The notes below the pieces were generated by a model. The model searched no databases. It saw only the letters and a program-made list of their open reading frames with translations, and was not told the DNA's origin. Both the position numbers and the translations under genes were made by a program. 64,000 nucleotides of DNA from an uncultured Pseudomonadota bacterium (lineage in GTDB: Bacteria; Pseudomonadota; Gammaproteobacteria; Burkholderiales; Gallionellaceae). Each line of letters opens with the position of its first letter. Within the stretch, counting starts at the first letter, position 1. The DNA lies in NCBI GenBank assembly GCA_963725375.1, contig CAVRYQ010000110.1, positions 57,836 to 121,835 of the forward strand. The letters are read 5' to 3'. Positions 33,401 to 43,505 of the stretch are shown piece after piece.

Positions 33401-34251
33401 AGTTCCCGCGCGAAACGCTGGAGCGCAAGTCAGGCGACTGCGACGACCTCGTAGCGCTCTATTCGGCGGCGCTGGAAAGTTTGGGGTTCGAAACACGCGT
33501 GCTGGAGGTGCCGGGCCATATGTTCATGATGTTCGCCGTGGGCGTCTCGGCGGATGATGACGGCTACACCATGGACAATATGTACGTGATCTACGACGGC
33601 CGTTTGTGGATCCCGGTGGAAACCACGCTGCTGGGCAGCGCCTTCGTTCCTGCCTGGGAGAAGGGTGCGGCGACCTATTACAAGTGGAAGGACAAGGGCC
33701 TGACGATACTCGACATACATACATCGTGGGATAAGTATAAACCTGCAACCCTGCCTGATGTGAATCTGAAGCAGGCTGACATATCCCGTGCCGAGATCGA
33801 AAAGAAGTTCCCTTCCGATTACATGTCGGTGCTGAAGATCAGTTCCCAGACCAAGACGCGGCGCTATCTGAACGCCATCCAGAAAAATCCGTCCGACGTG
33901 GATGCTCACTTGCAGATGGGCATCATTCTGGCGAAGGCCGGGGATCGCGAGGAGGCGATGAAATATTTTGACAAGGTGCTCGCGCTGGACGCCAGGAGTT
34001 CTGCCGCAATGAACAATCGCGGTAATATCTTCATGATCGAAGATAAATATCAGGACGCACAAAAGGCGTATCTGGCTGCCACGCAGATATCTCCCGGCGA
34101 TGCCAACATATGGGTAAACCTGGCGCGCGCCTATAAGGCGACCAGGGAAATCAAGAAGGCAAAAGCGGCCTTCGTCAAAGCGCAATCTCTGGATCCATCG
34201 GTCAAGGAAGGGCATCGTGCGCTGGCACTCGAACTATTGAATACGCTGTGA
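30499..34251 (+). CDS. Large exported protein: NHL beta-propellers, two FN3-like domains, transglutaminase-like core, TPRs
   Basis: Signal peptide; NHL repeats (P.GVAV..G.VYVADSGNGRIQ); FN3-like L.W..Y.IYR; GDCDD / GHMF / PVETT triad-like motifs; C-terminal TPRs. Confidence 0.8.
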   Translation: MRNILFVISMLIFVSGGACAEGNSPAVTSGFSRADFRSEIPAPKLRKLLGVYGGNLYITGQDSSVTVVDQEGKTVMVLPAKNGDTELLRKPEAVSVANATIYVADSKTNQIVMYDLSTGKYTGRFGSKSGGNLASDYALDEPQGVAVYEGVVYVADSGNGRIQMYGINGVFLSTLALSATPGSAAEKEKTYKLGEPADIALDTQGRIYVRDADDKSIKIYDPDGLYLRSLPRKGKPVAMCVTEDGIYIADEAGYSILKYDFDGNEAYSFGSKGDGKAQFKSVSGLAVDKAQQVYVGDSRKALIEAFVVEAGQLQDRLPRIAGRASVKWLETIPAEVGQLAWDGKEGFYAIGKGRKSLVTIRNGAVAGVIALNDMQLASVAVDSSGAIWVVDKKGDRAVKLDESGKVLASVGKEGSGAGQLDNPSAIAISSSGMVFVADRSNHNVQIFRQDGVFLNTLNGDNSAGLSSPIALAFDRDDNLYILDSSRKSVLAYSSAGKSLGEFGRTKDGSLLSSPISLIAANDEVLVLDGNQVKVFSPKGQLLRSFGAKGTGAGAFDDPVAIAYGGGTTFAISDIEHKRVEVFSSLLKPEAAQELVAQGKVHSVELHWAPASSSYIKQYRIYRSRSEDEDFVQVGTSSNNQFVDKDLDADVHYYYCVGAETYFGHEGATSVVVDGIPTKFVPSALSTVQVQTTPWQVKISWSAIDSKYFRSYRIYQKDGENFTRIGEVTQPEFIKDGLTPQTQYTYYVSILSSDGAESEKVPVVATTQIFNRPPLEIEMVQLRDVFSNSYKIYERDGIGRIKLTNNTNKPMERLKVTFQLRDFMDFPTETKLDKLPPGESAEVPLKAVFNNSILTITEDSAVQAMIEASYFDDGKRVSFSKTPTINVYEKHRLTWDDQDRYAAFITPKDPPVMNLVRSAVTQFKETKDPTQLAAVVFDMLGVYGMTYIPDPTNPYQITSGKVDTVDYVQFPRETLERKSGDCDDLVALYSAALESLGFETRVLEVPGHMFMMFAVGVSADDDGYTMDNMYVIYDGRLWIPVETTLLGSAFVPAWEKGAATYYKWKDKGLTILDIHTSWDKYKPATLPDVNLKQADISRAEIEKKFPSDYMSVLKISSQTKTRRYLNAIQKNPSDVDAHLQMGIILAKAGDREEAMKYFDKVLALDARSSAAMNNRGNIFMIEDKYQDAQKAYLAATQISPGDANIWVNLARAYKATREIKKAKAAFVKAQSLDPSVKEGHRALALELLNTL

Positions 34252-34300
34252 TTCGGATGTACCGTAGCAGATGGTGGCAACCCAAACCAAGGAGACTCGC

Positions 34301-34693
34301 ATGAAAAAATGGATCGCAATGCTGGCACTGGTGGGCGCTGTTTGCGCCGCTCCGGCATATAGCGCGGACGACAACCAAGGCCTTTCGTTCTGGGAACGCC
34401 TGCGCAGAAAGATTGAAATGTTCACTCCCAAAAAGAAGATCAGCACGACGACCGCAGTCGGCGGCGTGCGCGGTGCCCAGGCCGATGCTGAGGAGGTGTA
34501 CTGGAAGGGCGAAGCCAATCCCCAGATTGATGCAGACGAGCTGACGGATTTCAAGAAGGCCATGGCATCGGCTGACAAAGGCGATATGGTGGGCGCCCAG
34601 GCCGGGTTCTCCGACTTCCTGAAAAAACACCCTGACAGCCGTTTGCGCCCGGATGCCGAAATGGCCCTGGCGCAGTTGCAACCCAAGAAGTAG
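34301..34693 (+). CDS. Small secreted protein with TTTAVGGVRG motif and C-terminal TPR/CpoB-like hairpin
   Basis: AAGGAG RBS, signal peptide, F..FLKKHPDSRL..A motif. Confidence 0.75.
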   Translation: MKKWIAMLALVGAVCAAPAYSADDNQGLSFWERLRRKIEMFTPKKKISTTTAVGGVRGAQADAEEVYWKGEANPQIDADELTDFKKAMASADKGDMVGAQAGFSDFLKKHPDSRLRPDAEMALAQLQPKK

Positions 34694-34785
34694 CAGGGGC
34701 TTCGCAGGAGCTGGGTCGGCTGGTGTTCAGTCCGCCCAGCAACTATAATCCGCATCCTTGCGAACCCGGATAGTCGTTCATCCCC

Positions 34786-36039
34786 ATGCAGTTATTCACT
34801 TTCGGCATAAACCATCAGACCGCGCCGCTCGCCGTGCGCGAGCAGATTGCGTTCAATGTCGAAACGCTGGACAGCGCGCTGCGCGACCTCGTGGACAATG
34901 GCGCCGCCAAGGAAGCGACCATCCTTTCCACCTGCAATCGTACCGAAATCTATTGCAGTACCAGTGCGCCAGCGCAGGCGGTCGACTGGCTGGCTGCCTA
35001 CCATCATTTGCCAGCCAACGAGATCGAGCCCTATATCTATCGTCTTCCGCAGGAAGAAGCGATAAAGCATGCCTTCCGTGTGGCGAGCGGTCTGGATTCC
35101 ATGGTGCTGGGTGAGCCGCAGATACTGGGACAGATGAAACAGGCGGTGCGCCAGGCCGAACAGGCGGGCACATTGGGATTCCTGTTGCACAAGCTGTTTC
35201 AGCGCACCTTCTCGGTCGCCAAGGACGTGCGAACCCAAACCGAGATTGGCACCAATCTGGTTTCCATGGCAGCGGCTGCGGTCAAGCTTGCGGAACGCAT
35301 TTATCCCAGCGTTTCCGAGCAAAGCATCCTGTTCATCGGTGCGGGCGAGATGATCGAGCTCAACGCAGTGCATTTCGCCGCCCGTACCCCCAAACGCATC
35401 ACCGTGGCCAACCGCACCCTGGAGCGTGCGCAAGTCCTGGCGCGGCGCATCAACGGCCACGCCATCACGCTGAACGAGTTGCCGGAACAGCTCGCGCATC
35501 ACGACATCATCGTCACCTGCACAGCCAGCCCCTTGCCTATCCTGGGCAAGGGGCTGGTCGAACGTGCACTCAAGGCGCGCAAGCATCGCCCCTTGTTCAT
35601 CGTGGACCTAGCGGTGCCGCGCGATGTGGAAAAGGAAGTCGCAGAATTGAACGACGTTTTCCTGTATACCGTTGATGACCTTTCCGACGTGGTGCGCGAT
35701 GGCCTAGATGCGCGCCAGGGCGCGGTGAAGGAAGCCGAAGTCATCATCGACTCGGGTGTTCATGACTTCATGCACTGGATGCGTTCGCGCGAAATGGTGC
35801 CGACCATCCGCGCCTTGCGCGATCATGCGGAGCGCCAGCGCCGCGCCGAAATGGAAAAAGCGCTACGCCTGCTGGCCAAAGGAGAGAACCCGGAAAGGGT
35901 GATGGAATTGCTGAGCGCATCCCTGACCAATAAATTCCTCCACGCACCGACCCATGCATTGAACCAGGCACAGGCAGACGAACGGGAAGCGATCCTGGAC
36001 GCGGTACACCGCATCTATCACCTGCACTCTCCAGAATGA
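34786..36039 (+). CDS. hemA: Glutamyl-tRNA reductase
   Basis: [35 protein letters not shown]. Confidence 0.97.
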   Translation: MQLFTFGINHQTAPLAVREQIAFNVETLDSALRDLVDNGAAKEATILSTCNRTEIYCSTSAPAQAVDWLAAYHHLPANEIEPYIYRLPQEEAIKHAFRVASGLDSMVLGEPQILGQMKQAVRQAEQAGTLGFLLHKLFQRTFSVAKDVRTQTEIGTNLVSMAAAAVKLAERIYPSVSEQSILFIGAGEMIELNAVHFAARTPKRITVANRTLERAQVLARRINGHAITLNELPEQLAHHDIIVTCTASPLPILGKGLVERALKARKHRPLFIVDLAVPRDVEKEVAELNDVFLYTVDDLSDVVRDGLDARQGAVKEAEVIIDSGVHDFMHWMRSREMVPTIRALRDHAERQRRAEMEKALRLLAKGENPERVMELLSASLTNKFLHAPTHALNQAQADEREAILDAVHRIYHLHSPE

Positions 36040-37118
36040 ATCCGAGCATTTCATCCAAACTTGCCCAACTCGGCGAGCGGTTGGACGAGGTCACCCGCCT
36101 GTTGAGCAGCGAGGAGGCTACGCGCGACATGGACGCCTTCAGGAGGCTCAACCGCGAACGTGCCGAAATCGAGCCGGTGGTCGAGCTTTATCATGCCTAC
36201 CAGGCATGCGAGGCGGATATCGCCACTGCACAGGAAATGGCGGGCGACCCGGACATGCGGGAATTTGCCGATGCCGAGATCAAGGCGGGCCGCGAGCGCC
36301 TGGAGCAACTGGAAGTCGAGTTGCAGAAGCAGTTGTTGCCCAAGGATCCCAACGACGAGCGCAACGTTTTCCTTGAGGTGCGGGCCGGAACGGGCGGCGA
36401 CGAGGCGGCGATATTTGCGGGTGACATCTTCCGCATGTATGTGCGCTTTGCCGAGCGACGGCGCTGGCAGGTGGAGATCATCTCCGAGAGTCCCGGCGAG
36501 ATGGGCGGCTACAAGGAAGTCATCGCAAGGATCATCGGCCAGGGCGCCTACTCCGTGCTGAAGTTCGAGTCTGGCGTGCATCGTGTACAACGCGTGCCCG
36601 CGACCGAGACGCAAGGCCGTGTCCATACCTCCGCCTGCACTGTCGCCATCCTGCCGGAAGCGGATGAAGTGGGTGAAGTGGAACTCAATCCCGCTGACTT
36701 GCGCATCGACACTTTCCGCGCCTCGGGTGCCGGCGGCCAGCATATCAACAAGACCGATTCCGCTGTGCGCATCACGCACCTTCCCACCGGGACGGTGGTC
36801 GAATGCCAGGACGGACGGTCGCAACACCAGAACAAGGCACAAGCCATGCGCGTGCTGGCGGCGCGCATCAAGGACAAACAGGAACAGGCCGCGCACAGCA
36901 AGATTGCCGCAGAACGCAAATCGCTGGTCGGCAGCGGTGATCGCTCGGAGCGCATCCGCACTTACAACTTCCCGCAAGGGCGCGTCACCGACCATCGCAT
37001 CAACCTGACACTGTACAAGATGGACCAGATCATGGATGGCGACATCAGCGAACTGACCAATGCCCTGATGGCCGAGCACCAGGCCGAATTGTTGTCCGCG
37101 CTGGCAGAAGAAGGCTGA
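36036..37118 (+). CDS. prfA: Peptide chain release factor 1
   Basis: GGQ motif, PAT tripeptide (VPATE), RTYNFPQ. Confidence 0.97.
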   Translation: MNPSISSKLAQLGERLDEVTRLLSSEEATRDMDAFRRLNRERAEIEPVVELYHAYQACEADIATAQEMAGDPDMREFADAEIKAGRERLEQLEVELQKQLLPKDPNDERNVFLEVRAGTGGDEAAIFAGDIFRMYVRFAERRRWQVEIISESPGEMGGYKEVIARIIGQGAYSVLKFESGVHRVQRVPATETQGRVHTSACTVAILPEADEVGEVELNPADLRIDTFRASGAGGQHINKTDSAVRITHLPTGTVVECQDGRSQHQNKAQAMRVLAARIKDKQEQAAHSKIAAERKSLVGSGDRSERIRTYNFPQGRVTDHRINLTLYKMDQIMDGDISELTNALMAEHQAELLSALAEEG

Positions 37119-37122
37119 TGCC

Positions 37123-37977
37123 TTGCGCACCATACAGGATATCCTGCATGCCGACGCAGCGCGGCTGAACAAGGCGCTCGATCTCGGCGCGGCGACTGCC
37201 CGCATCGAAGTGCAATGCCTGTTGCAACATATCCTGAAAGTCCCGCGTTCCTATTTGCTGGCGCACTCCGAACAGACACTGGACGTATCCCGGCTGCTGG
37301 CCTACGACACCTTGTTGCAACGCCGCATGCAGGGCGAGCCCGTCGCGTACATTCTGGGCGAACGGGAGTTCTTCGGTTTGCACTTCAGGGTCAGTCCGGA
37401 CACGCTCATCCCCCGTCCGGAAACCGAATTGCTGGTCGAACTGGCGTTAGAGCGCATACCGGTGGGCAGGCAGTTTCGCGTACTGGACTTGGGCACGGGC
37501 AGCGGCGCGATCGCGATCTCAATCGCGCATGGCAGGCCTGGCGCCGACGTGATGGCGGTGGACGCTTCGCAAGCGGCACTGGAGATGGCAACGGAAAACG
37601 CCCGGCAGCTCGGCGTTGCAAATACTACATTCCTGCACAGCGACTGGTTTTCCGCCTTGGCGGGGCAGCGCTACAACCTCATTGTCTCCAATCCGCCCTA
37701 TGTCGCCGCGGGAGATTCGCATCTCTCCGTTGGTGACGTGCGTTTCGAGCCGCTATCCGCTTTGGCGTCCGGCATGGATGGATTGGACGACATCCGGCGC
37801 ATCGCCACACGGGCGGGTGATTTTCTCGAACGCGATGCATGGATTTTGCTGGAACACGGTTATGACCAGGCAGTAAAGGTGAGGTCAATATTGCGGGGGC
37901 AGGGGTTTGCCGAAGTGATGTCGGCAAGCGATATCGCAGGTATAGAGCGGGTTAGCGGCGGGCGGATGAAAAAATAG
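37123..37977 (+). CDS. prmC: Release factor glutamine methyltransferase
   Basis: LIPRPETE, LDLGTGSG, NPPY. Confidence 0.95.
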   Translation: MRTIQDILHADAARLNKALDLGAATARIEVQCLLQHILKVPRSYLLAHSEQTLDVSRLLAYDTLLQRRMQGEPVAYILGEREFFGLHFRVSPDTLIPRPETELLVELALERIPVGRQFRVLDLGTGSGAIAISIAHGRPGADVMAVDASQAALEMATENARQLGVANTTFLHSDWFSALAGQRYNLIVSNPPYVAAGDSHLSVGDVRFEPLSALASGMDGLDDIRRIATRAGDFLERDAWILLEHGYDQAVKVRSILRGQGFAEVMSASDIAGIERVSGGRMKK

Positions 37978-38091
37978 TATTACTAATCAATATATTGATT
38001 TTGCATGCCCTTTGCCGAACAAAAGATATAGACCGGTATATAGACCGTTTGGCATATATGCAATATGGGAGCGGACACCTAGAATCCATGC

Positions 38092-38178
38092 CGAGTTGTT
38101 AGAGCCTTGAGTTGCAACCAACTCAATCTTTCATACTCTCCTCCTATTCTGGGCCATCGCAAGGTGGCCCGTTTTTTT
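38092..38178 (+). ncRNA. Candidate small RNA with anti-Shine-Dalgarno CUCCUCC motif and intrinsic terminator
   Basis: TAGAAT -10 at 38080-38085; hairpin TTGAGTTG-CAAC-CAACTCAA; CTCTCCTCCT 38136-38145; GGGCCATC-GCAA-GGTGGCCC then T7. Confidence 0.5.
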
Positions 38179-38187
38179 GCCCGGAGG

Positions 38188-39579
38188 TCAGGCGGAGAGT
38201 TGCTTGCGCGCCCGCCCGATGGCGGCTTCCACTTGTTGTGGCGCCGTGCCGCCGGTGTGGTTGCGCGCAGCGAGCGAACCTTCCAGGGTCAGCACGCCAA
38301 AGACGTCCTCAGTGACGCGGTCGGAAAATTCTTGCAATTCCTCCAGCTTGAGTTCGGCCAGATCCATGCCGCGCTGCTCCGCAAAACGCACCGCCAGGGC
38401 CACGGCCTCGTGCGCATCGCGGAACGGCAAACCCTTTTTCACCAGATAATCGGCCAGGTCGGTAGCCGTGGCATAGCCCTGCAATGCCGCACGGCGCATG
38501 GCTTCCGGCTTGACGGTAATGCCGCGCATCATGTCGGCGTAGATGCGCAAAGTCTGAGTGAGCGTGTCCACCGTGTCGAACAGCGGTTCCTTGTCTTCCT
38601 GGTTGTCCTTGTTGTACGCGAGCGGCTGTCCTTTCATCAGGGTGAGCAAGGCAACCAGATTTCCGTTTACGCGCCCGGTCTTGCCCCGCACCAGCTCAGG
38701 CACGTCCGGGTTCTTCTTTTGCGGCATGATCGAAGAGCCGGTACAGAAGCGATCGGCGATGTCTATGAAGCCGAAGCGCGGGTTCATCCACAGGATGAGT
38801 TCTTCGGACAGTCGCGACAGATGTGTCATCGCCAGCGCTGCGGCCGCGGTGAATTCGATGGCGAAGTCGCGGTCGGACACGGCATCCAGCGAATTCTGGC
38901 ATACCGCTTCGAAGCCCAGTAATTCCGCCACCAGTTCACGCTTGATTGGATAACTGGTGCCCGCCAGCGCGGCGGCCCCCAGCGGAAGACGGTTGACGCG
39001 GCGGCGTGCGTCGCTGAAACGTTCCACGTCGCGCTGGCACATCTCGAAATACGCCATCAGGTGATGCGCAAAGCTCACCGGCTGTGCAACTTGCAGGTGG
39101 GTGAACCCCGGCATGATGGTGTGCGTATGATGTTGTGCCAGATCCAGCAGGGCGGTCTGCAAATTCCGGAGCAGCAGTGTGATGTCGTCTATCGCGCTGC
39201 GCAGATACAGGCGGATGTCGGTCGCCACCTGGTCATTGCGCGAACGCCCGGTGTGAAGGCGCTTGCCCGCGTCACCGACCAGTGCAGTAAGGCGCTTTTC
39301 GATGTTCAGGTGCACGTCTTCCAGATCAAGCTGCCAGTCGAAATCGCCGCTGACGACGTCGTTCTCGATCTGTCCAAGGCCGCGCTGGATATCCTGCAGG
39401 TCCTGTGCTGAGATGATGCCGCAACTGGCGAGCATCTGTGCATGCGCCAGGGAGCCCTGGATATCGAACAATGCGAGGCGCTTGTCAAAATCCACGGACG
39501 CGGTATAGCGCTTCACCAAGTCTGCCACGGGTTCGTTGAAACGTCCCGACCATGTTTGATTGTCTTGCATCGTTGCCAT
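38188..39579 (-). CDS. argH: Argininosuccinate lyase
   Basis: [26 protein letters not shown]. Confidence 0.97.
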   Translation of the reverse strand: MATMQDNQTWSGRFNEPVADLVKRYTASVDFDKRLALFDIQGSLAHAQMLASCGIISAQDLQDIQRGLGQIENDVVSGDFDWQLDLEDVHLNIEKRLTALVGDAGKRLHTGRSRNDQVATDIRLYLRSAIDDITLLLRNLQTALLDLAQHHTHTIMPGFTHLQVAQPVSFAHHLMAYFEMCQRDVERFSDARRRVNRLPLGAAALAGTSYPIKRELVAELLGFEAVCQNSLDAVSDRDFAIEFTAAAALAMTHLSRLSEELILWMNPRFGFIDIADRFCTGSSIMPQKKNPDVPELVRGKTGRVNGNLVALLTLMKGQPLAYNKDNQEDKEPLFDTVDTLTQTLRIYADMMRGITVKPEAMRRAALQGYATATDLADYLVKKGLPFRDAHEAVALAVRFAEQRGMDLAELKLEELQEFSDRVTEDVFGVLTLEGSLAARNHTGGTAPQQVEAAIGRARKQLSA

Positions 39580-39615
39580 GTCTTGTCCAGAATGAGCGGC
39601 ACTTGAAAGGCCAAA

Positions 39616-40653
39616 ATGCCGGAGACGCGCAGTATAAATCAAAACATTCCACCCAAGCTGTTACCCAACTTCGTAAATCTGGGTACGGTCTTGCGCATTG
39701 TGCTGCTGGTCAATGGCATGGCGCTGCTCGGACTGGCATTGCAGACAGCGTCGCCGGGCAATCTGCTGAACAGCCTGCTCCAGGGCTCCGCACTGCTCCA
39801 GCCCGTGTTGCTGTCCAGCCTGCTGGTGTTGTACGCGCTGAATCCGGTGCTCGGCAGGATTGCTTATTGGCAGGGCGTCGCCGTCGTATCTGCAGTCGTT
39901 GCTGCGGTGGCCGTATTGATCGACGTGCTGGGCGGCGACCTGTTTATCGGTGCGGGGACGGGCGCATTTCGCTACCTGCGCCATGCCCTGATCGGAGTCA
40001 CCTTTGCACTGATGCTGCTCTACTACTTCAGATTGAGGGCGGAAGCGCTTTCGCCGGCGCGGCATGAAGCCCGGCTGCAGGCTTTGCAGGCGCGGATACG
40101 GCCGCATTTCCTGTTCAATACCATCAATGCCGTGCTGAGCATCATGCGCTCCGATCCCAAGCGCGCCGAAATTGCGTTGGAGGACATGGCGGACCTGTTC
40201 CGCACGGCGATGGCCGACCAGCATGAACTGGTTGCATTGAGCAAGGAAGTGGAGCTTGCGCAGCAATACCTGGCCATTGAAACGCTGCGCCTGGGCGAAC
40301 GCCTGCAGGTACGCTGGGATACGCAGCACATGCCGCCGGACGCGCTTATTCCGCCGCTGATCCTGCAGCCCTTGCTGGAAAATGCCGTCTACCACGGCAT
40401 TGAGCCGTTGGCCGAAGGGGGCGTCATCGACGTTAAACTGTATCGAGACAATGACGGTTTGCGCGTGGAAGTGAGCAATCCAGCCCGATCTCTGGCGGGA
40501 ACGCGAAACACCGGCAACAAAATGGCGTTGTCCAACATCCGTGAGCGCCTGGAGCTGCTGTTTGACGTCGAAGCGGCATACCGGGTGGAGGCCGATGCGG
40601 AACGATATCGCGTCCGTATACTGATCCCCTACGTGAAAGGGCCGACAACATGA
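39616..40653 (+). CDS. algZ: LytS-type sensor kinase AlgZ/FimS
   Basis: [24 protein letters not shown]; divergent from argH, upstream of a LytTR regulator. Confidence 0.8.
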   Translation: MPETRSINQNIPPKLLPNFVNLGTVLRIVLLVNGMALLGLALQTASPGNLLNSLLQGSALLQPVLLSSLLVLYALNPVLGRIAYWQGVAVVSAVVAAVAVLIDVLGGDLFIGAGTGAFRYLRHALIGVTFALMLLYYFRLRAEALSPARHEARLQALQARIRPHFLFNTINAVLSIMRSDPKRAEIALEDMADLFRTAMADQHELVALSKEVELAQQYLAIETLRLGERLQVRWDTQHMPPDALIPPLILQPLLENAVYHGIEPLAEGGVIDVKLYRDNDGLRVEVSNPARSLAGTRNTGNKMALSNIRERLELLFDVEAAYRVEADAERYRVRILIPYVKGPTT

Positions 40654-41414
40654 CCGACATGATCGCTTTGCCGCTCACCGTCTTCATCGTGGATGACGAG
40701 GCGCCTGCGCGCAACCGGCTCAAGGAGAAGCTTGCCGACTGTGCCGCGCAGTTCCCGTTGCAACTGGTGGGTGAAGCTGCCAATGGGCAGGACGCGCTGG
40801 ACAAGTTGGCGGAGGTGCCCGCCGAGGTCGTGCTGATGGACATACGCATGCCGCAGATGGACGGGATCGAACTGGCCTGCCACGTGAACAAATTCGAGCA
40901 TCCGCCGCTGATCATCTTCACCACGGCCTATGATGCCTATGCAATCCAGGCGTTCGAGCAGCGCGCCATCGACTACCTGCTCAAGCCGATCCGCTTGGGG
41001 CGCCTGTTTGACGCGCTTTCCAGGGCGCGCGAACTGGTTCCGATACGCACGGAAGTGCTGCGTGAGCTCACCCCGGAGCCGCGCAGCAACCTTTCCGTCC
41101 ACGAGCGCGGCAAAGTATTGCTGATCCCCATCGACCAGGTGCTATACCTGCGGGCGGAACTGAAATACGTTACAGTGCGGACTGCAGAACGGGAATACCT
41201 GATCGAAGAATCGCTCACCGCGCTGGAAAAGGAATATGCCGCGCGCTTCGTGCGCATCCATCGCAACTGCCTGGTGGCAAGAGACGCTATCATAGGGTTT
41301 GAAAAAGGCGGCGACGAGGGTGAAAGTGGCTGGCTCATGAGAGTGAAGGGGCTGGAAGAAAAATTGCCGATCAGCCGTCGACAAATGGGAATTGTTAAGG
41401 ACTACGGGAAATAA
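40650..41414 (+). CDS. algR: LytTR response regulator AlgR
   Basis: VDDEAPAR, DIRMP, AIDYLLKP, FVRIHRN. Confidence 0.8.
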   Translation: MTDMIALPLTVFIVDDEAPARNRLKEKLADCAAQFPLQLVGEAANGQDALDKLAEVPAEVVLMDIRMPQMDGIELACHVNKFEHPPLIIFTTAYDAYAIQAFEQRAIDYLLKPIRLGRLFDALSRARELVPIRTEVLRELTPEPRSNLSVHERGKVLLIPIDQVLYLRAELKYVTVRTAEREYLIEESLTALEKEYAARFVRIHRNCLVARDAIIGFEKGGDEGESGWLMRVKGLEEKLPISRRQMGIVKDYGK

Positions 41415-41417
41415 ACT

Positions 41418-42110
41418 ATGCGTGTACTTATTATCGAAGACAATCGGGATCTTGCTTCCAACATGTTCGACTTCCTTGAAGCAAAAGGCCATGTTGTGGA
41501 TGCGGCCGGGGACGGCATCACCGGGATGCATCTGGCGCTGGTCAATGAATATGATGCGATCGTGCTCGACCTGATGCTGCCGGGCATGGATGGCATCACA
41601 CTGTGCCGCAAATTGCGCGAAGAAGGCGGCAAGGACACGCCGGTACTGATGATCACCGCGCGCGATTCGCTGGACGACAAGATCGCGGGCCTAGAAGCGG
41701 GCGCGGACGATTACCTGGTCAAGCCAGCCGAACTGCGCGAGGTCGAACTGAGGCTGCGCGTCCTGTTCAGGCGAGGCGGAGATCACACCCAGAAACAGAA
41801 GAAACTGACGGTAGAGGACCTGACTCTTGACCCCTTCACCTGCTCGGTACGCCGCGGCACCAAGGGGATCGACCTGCCGCCGATTCCCTACCGCATACTT
41901 GAGATACTGATGTCGCGTTCTCCCCAGGTGGTGAATCGCGAGGACATCGAACATGTCGTATGGGGCGAAGGGCGCCCAGATAGCGATTCGCTGCGGGCGC
42001 ATGTGCATTTGCTCAGGGAGCTGATCGACAAGCCCTTTGAACGGAAGCTGTTGCGGACGATGCGCGGTTTCGGTTATCAGTTGGTCAGCCCGGATGTTCC
42101 AGACCAATAG
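41418..42110 (+). CDS. OmpR-family response regulator, ColR-like
   Basis: MRVLIIEDNRD..N..DFLE.KG..VD.A.DG..G.HLA closely resembles Pseudomonas ColR as recalled; winged helix with SDSLRAHVH..LR. Confidence 0.85.
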   Translation: MRVLIIEDNRDLASNMFDFLEAKGHVVDAAGDGITGMHLALVNEYDAIVLDLMLPGMDGITLCRKLREEGGKDTPVLMITARDSLDDKIAGLEAGADDYLVKPAELREVELRLRVLFRRGGDHTQKQKKLTVEDLTLDPFTCSVRRGTKGIDLPPIPYRILEILMSRSPQVVNREDIEHVVWGEGRPDSDSLRAHVHLLRELIDKPFERKLLRTMRGFGYQLVSPDVPDQ

Positions 42111-43362
42111 CCTGCGTTTCAGGGTCGCATTCTTTTATGCGATCTTCGGTGCGGGCCTCAGCGTCCTGCTTGCCGCCGGAGCCTACCTGACCGTGGAGCA
42201 CATCGGGCATCAGCTCATGGACGAGGCCTTGCTGGAAGAGCTGAACAAGCATGCCAGCGAGTCGATATTTGTCGAGCCGAATACCGTATCCATCAAGGGT
42301 TACATCGTCTCGGACACCAGGCGCAGCCCGGATATTCCCTACGAGATATCGTCGCTGACGCCGGGCAAATACAACATGACGGTCGGCAACATTGACTACC
42401 GCGTCCTGGTTGTCGACAAATATGGCGCGCGCTACTTCATGATGTTCGACACCCAGCTCCAGCATTTCCATGAAGTGGTGTATTTCCGTTACGTGGAGAC
42501 CTTTGCGCTGTTCATGATCTTCAGTTCGGCCGCAGGCGGCTACTGGCTGGCGAGCCGCGTTACGTCATCTGTCACCCGATTGGCCAGGCAAGTCGGGCAG
42601 GCCGACCCGAGCGATACCGATCTATCCCTGTCCTGGATCAAGCAGACCAGCAACGATGAAGTGGGGGAGCTGGCACGGGCATTTGACCGCTACCTGCGCC
42701 GCCTGCGTGAATTCATCGAAAGGGAAAATTTTTTCACCGCGGATGTGAGCCATGAGTTGCGCACGCCACTCGCCATCATGCTGAGCGCCGTCGAGGTGCT
42801 GGAGCAGGATGGTTCGCTGACACCCAAGCAGAAGGAGCGCATCACGCGCATCCACCGTGCCACGCAGGACATGATCGACCTGACTTCCGCACTGCTGCTG
42901 ATGGCGCGCGAGCATCTGGACTCGACCGACGAACAGCCCTGCGACGTATCCGACGTGTCGCTCGCCTGTGTCGAAAAGCACCGGCACTTGATTGGCGACC
43001 GGCCGATACGCCTGGAGGTGGAAACGATAGTCAGGACAGTCGTGATCGTCGAGCGCCCGTTGCTGGAGATCGTTATCGGCAACCTGATACGCAATGCCTT
43101 GTTCCACACCAAGGCGGGCTCGGTGCTGGTCAAGGTGGACGAAGGCAAGGTCACCGTACAGGACACCGGGGTCGGAATGCAACCGGCAGAACTGGAGCGT
43201 GCAATGGAGCGTTACTACAAGGGGGCATCAAGTGCGGGATCAGGCGTAGGACTGTCCCTGGTGAAACGCATCTGCGACCGTTACGGCTGGCGGATTGTCC
43301 TGGAGAGTGCAGAAGGCGAAGGCACGTCTGCGCTGATCGAATTTACACCAGGCAAGCATTGA
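42094..43362 (+). CDS. HAMP-HisKA sensor kinase, ColS-like
   Basis: Two TM helices, short periplasmic domain, DEVGELARAFD, FTADVSHELRTPL, GxGLGL-like box; overlaps the regulator gene. Confidence 0.85.
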   Translation: MFQTNSLRFRVAFFYAIFGAGLSVLLAAGAYLTVEHIGHQLMDEALLEELNKHASESIFVEPNTVSIKGYIVSDTRRSPDIPYEISSLTPGKYNMTVGNIDYRVLVVDKYGARYFMMFDTQLQHFHEVVYFRYVETFALFMIFSSAAGGYWLASRVTSSVTRLARQVGQADPSDTDLSLSWIKQTSNDEVGELARAFDRYLRRLREFIERENFFTADVSHELRTPLAIMLSAVEVLEQDGSLTPKQKERITRIHRATQDMIDLTSALLLMAREHLDSTDEQPCDVSDVSLACVEKHRHLIGDRPIRLEVETIVRTVVIVERPLLEIVIGNLIRNALFHTKAGSVLVKVDEGKVTVQDTGVGMQPAELERAMERYYKGASSAGSGVGLSLVKRICDRYGWRIVLESAEGEGTSALIEFTPGKH

Positions 43363-43505
43363 CGGATGGGCCAAGCCGTCTGCGGCTATTCGTCCCGCCT
43401 GCGAAGACCAGGGTTCGGTCGATTGAATGCGCCGGATTTTCGATCGAATCGGAATTTTTATCGATTCCCTCGCGTGACCAGATTCCGGATAAAGTTGTGT
43501 TGCAA

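Noticed and set aside
28183-34785. tRNA-Phe-integrated genomic island
   Set aside because: No integrase and no repeated tRNA 3' end visible at the far boundary. The genes may be accessory, but mobility is unsupported.
38049-38066. Sigma54 promoter at TTGGCATATATGC
   Set aside because: GG and GC are not at the required GG-N10-GC spacing.
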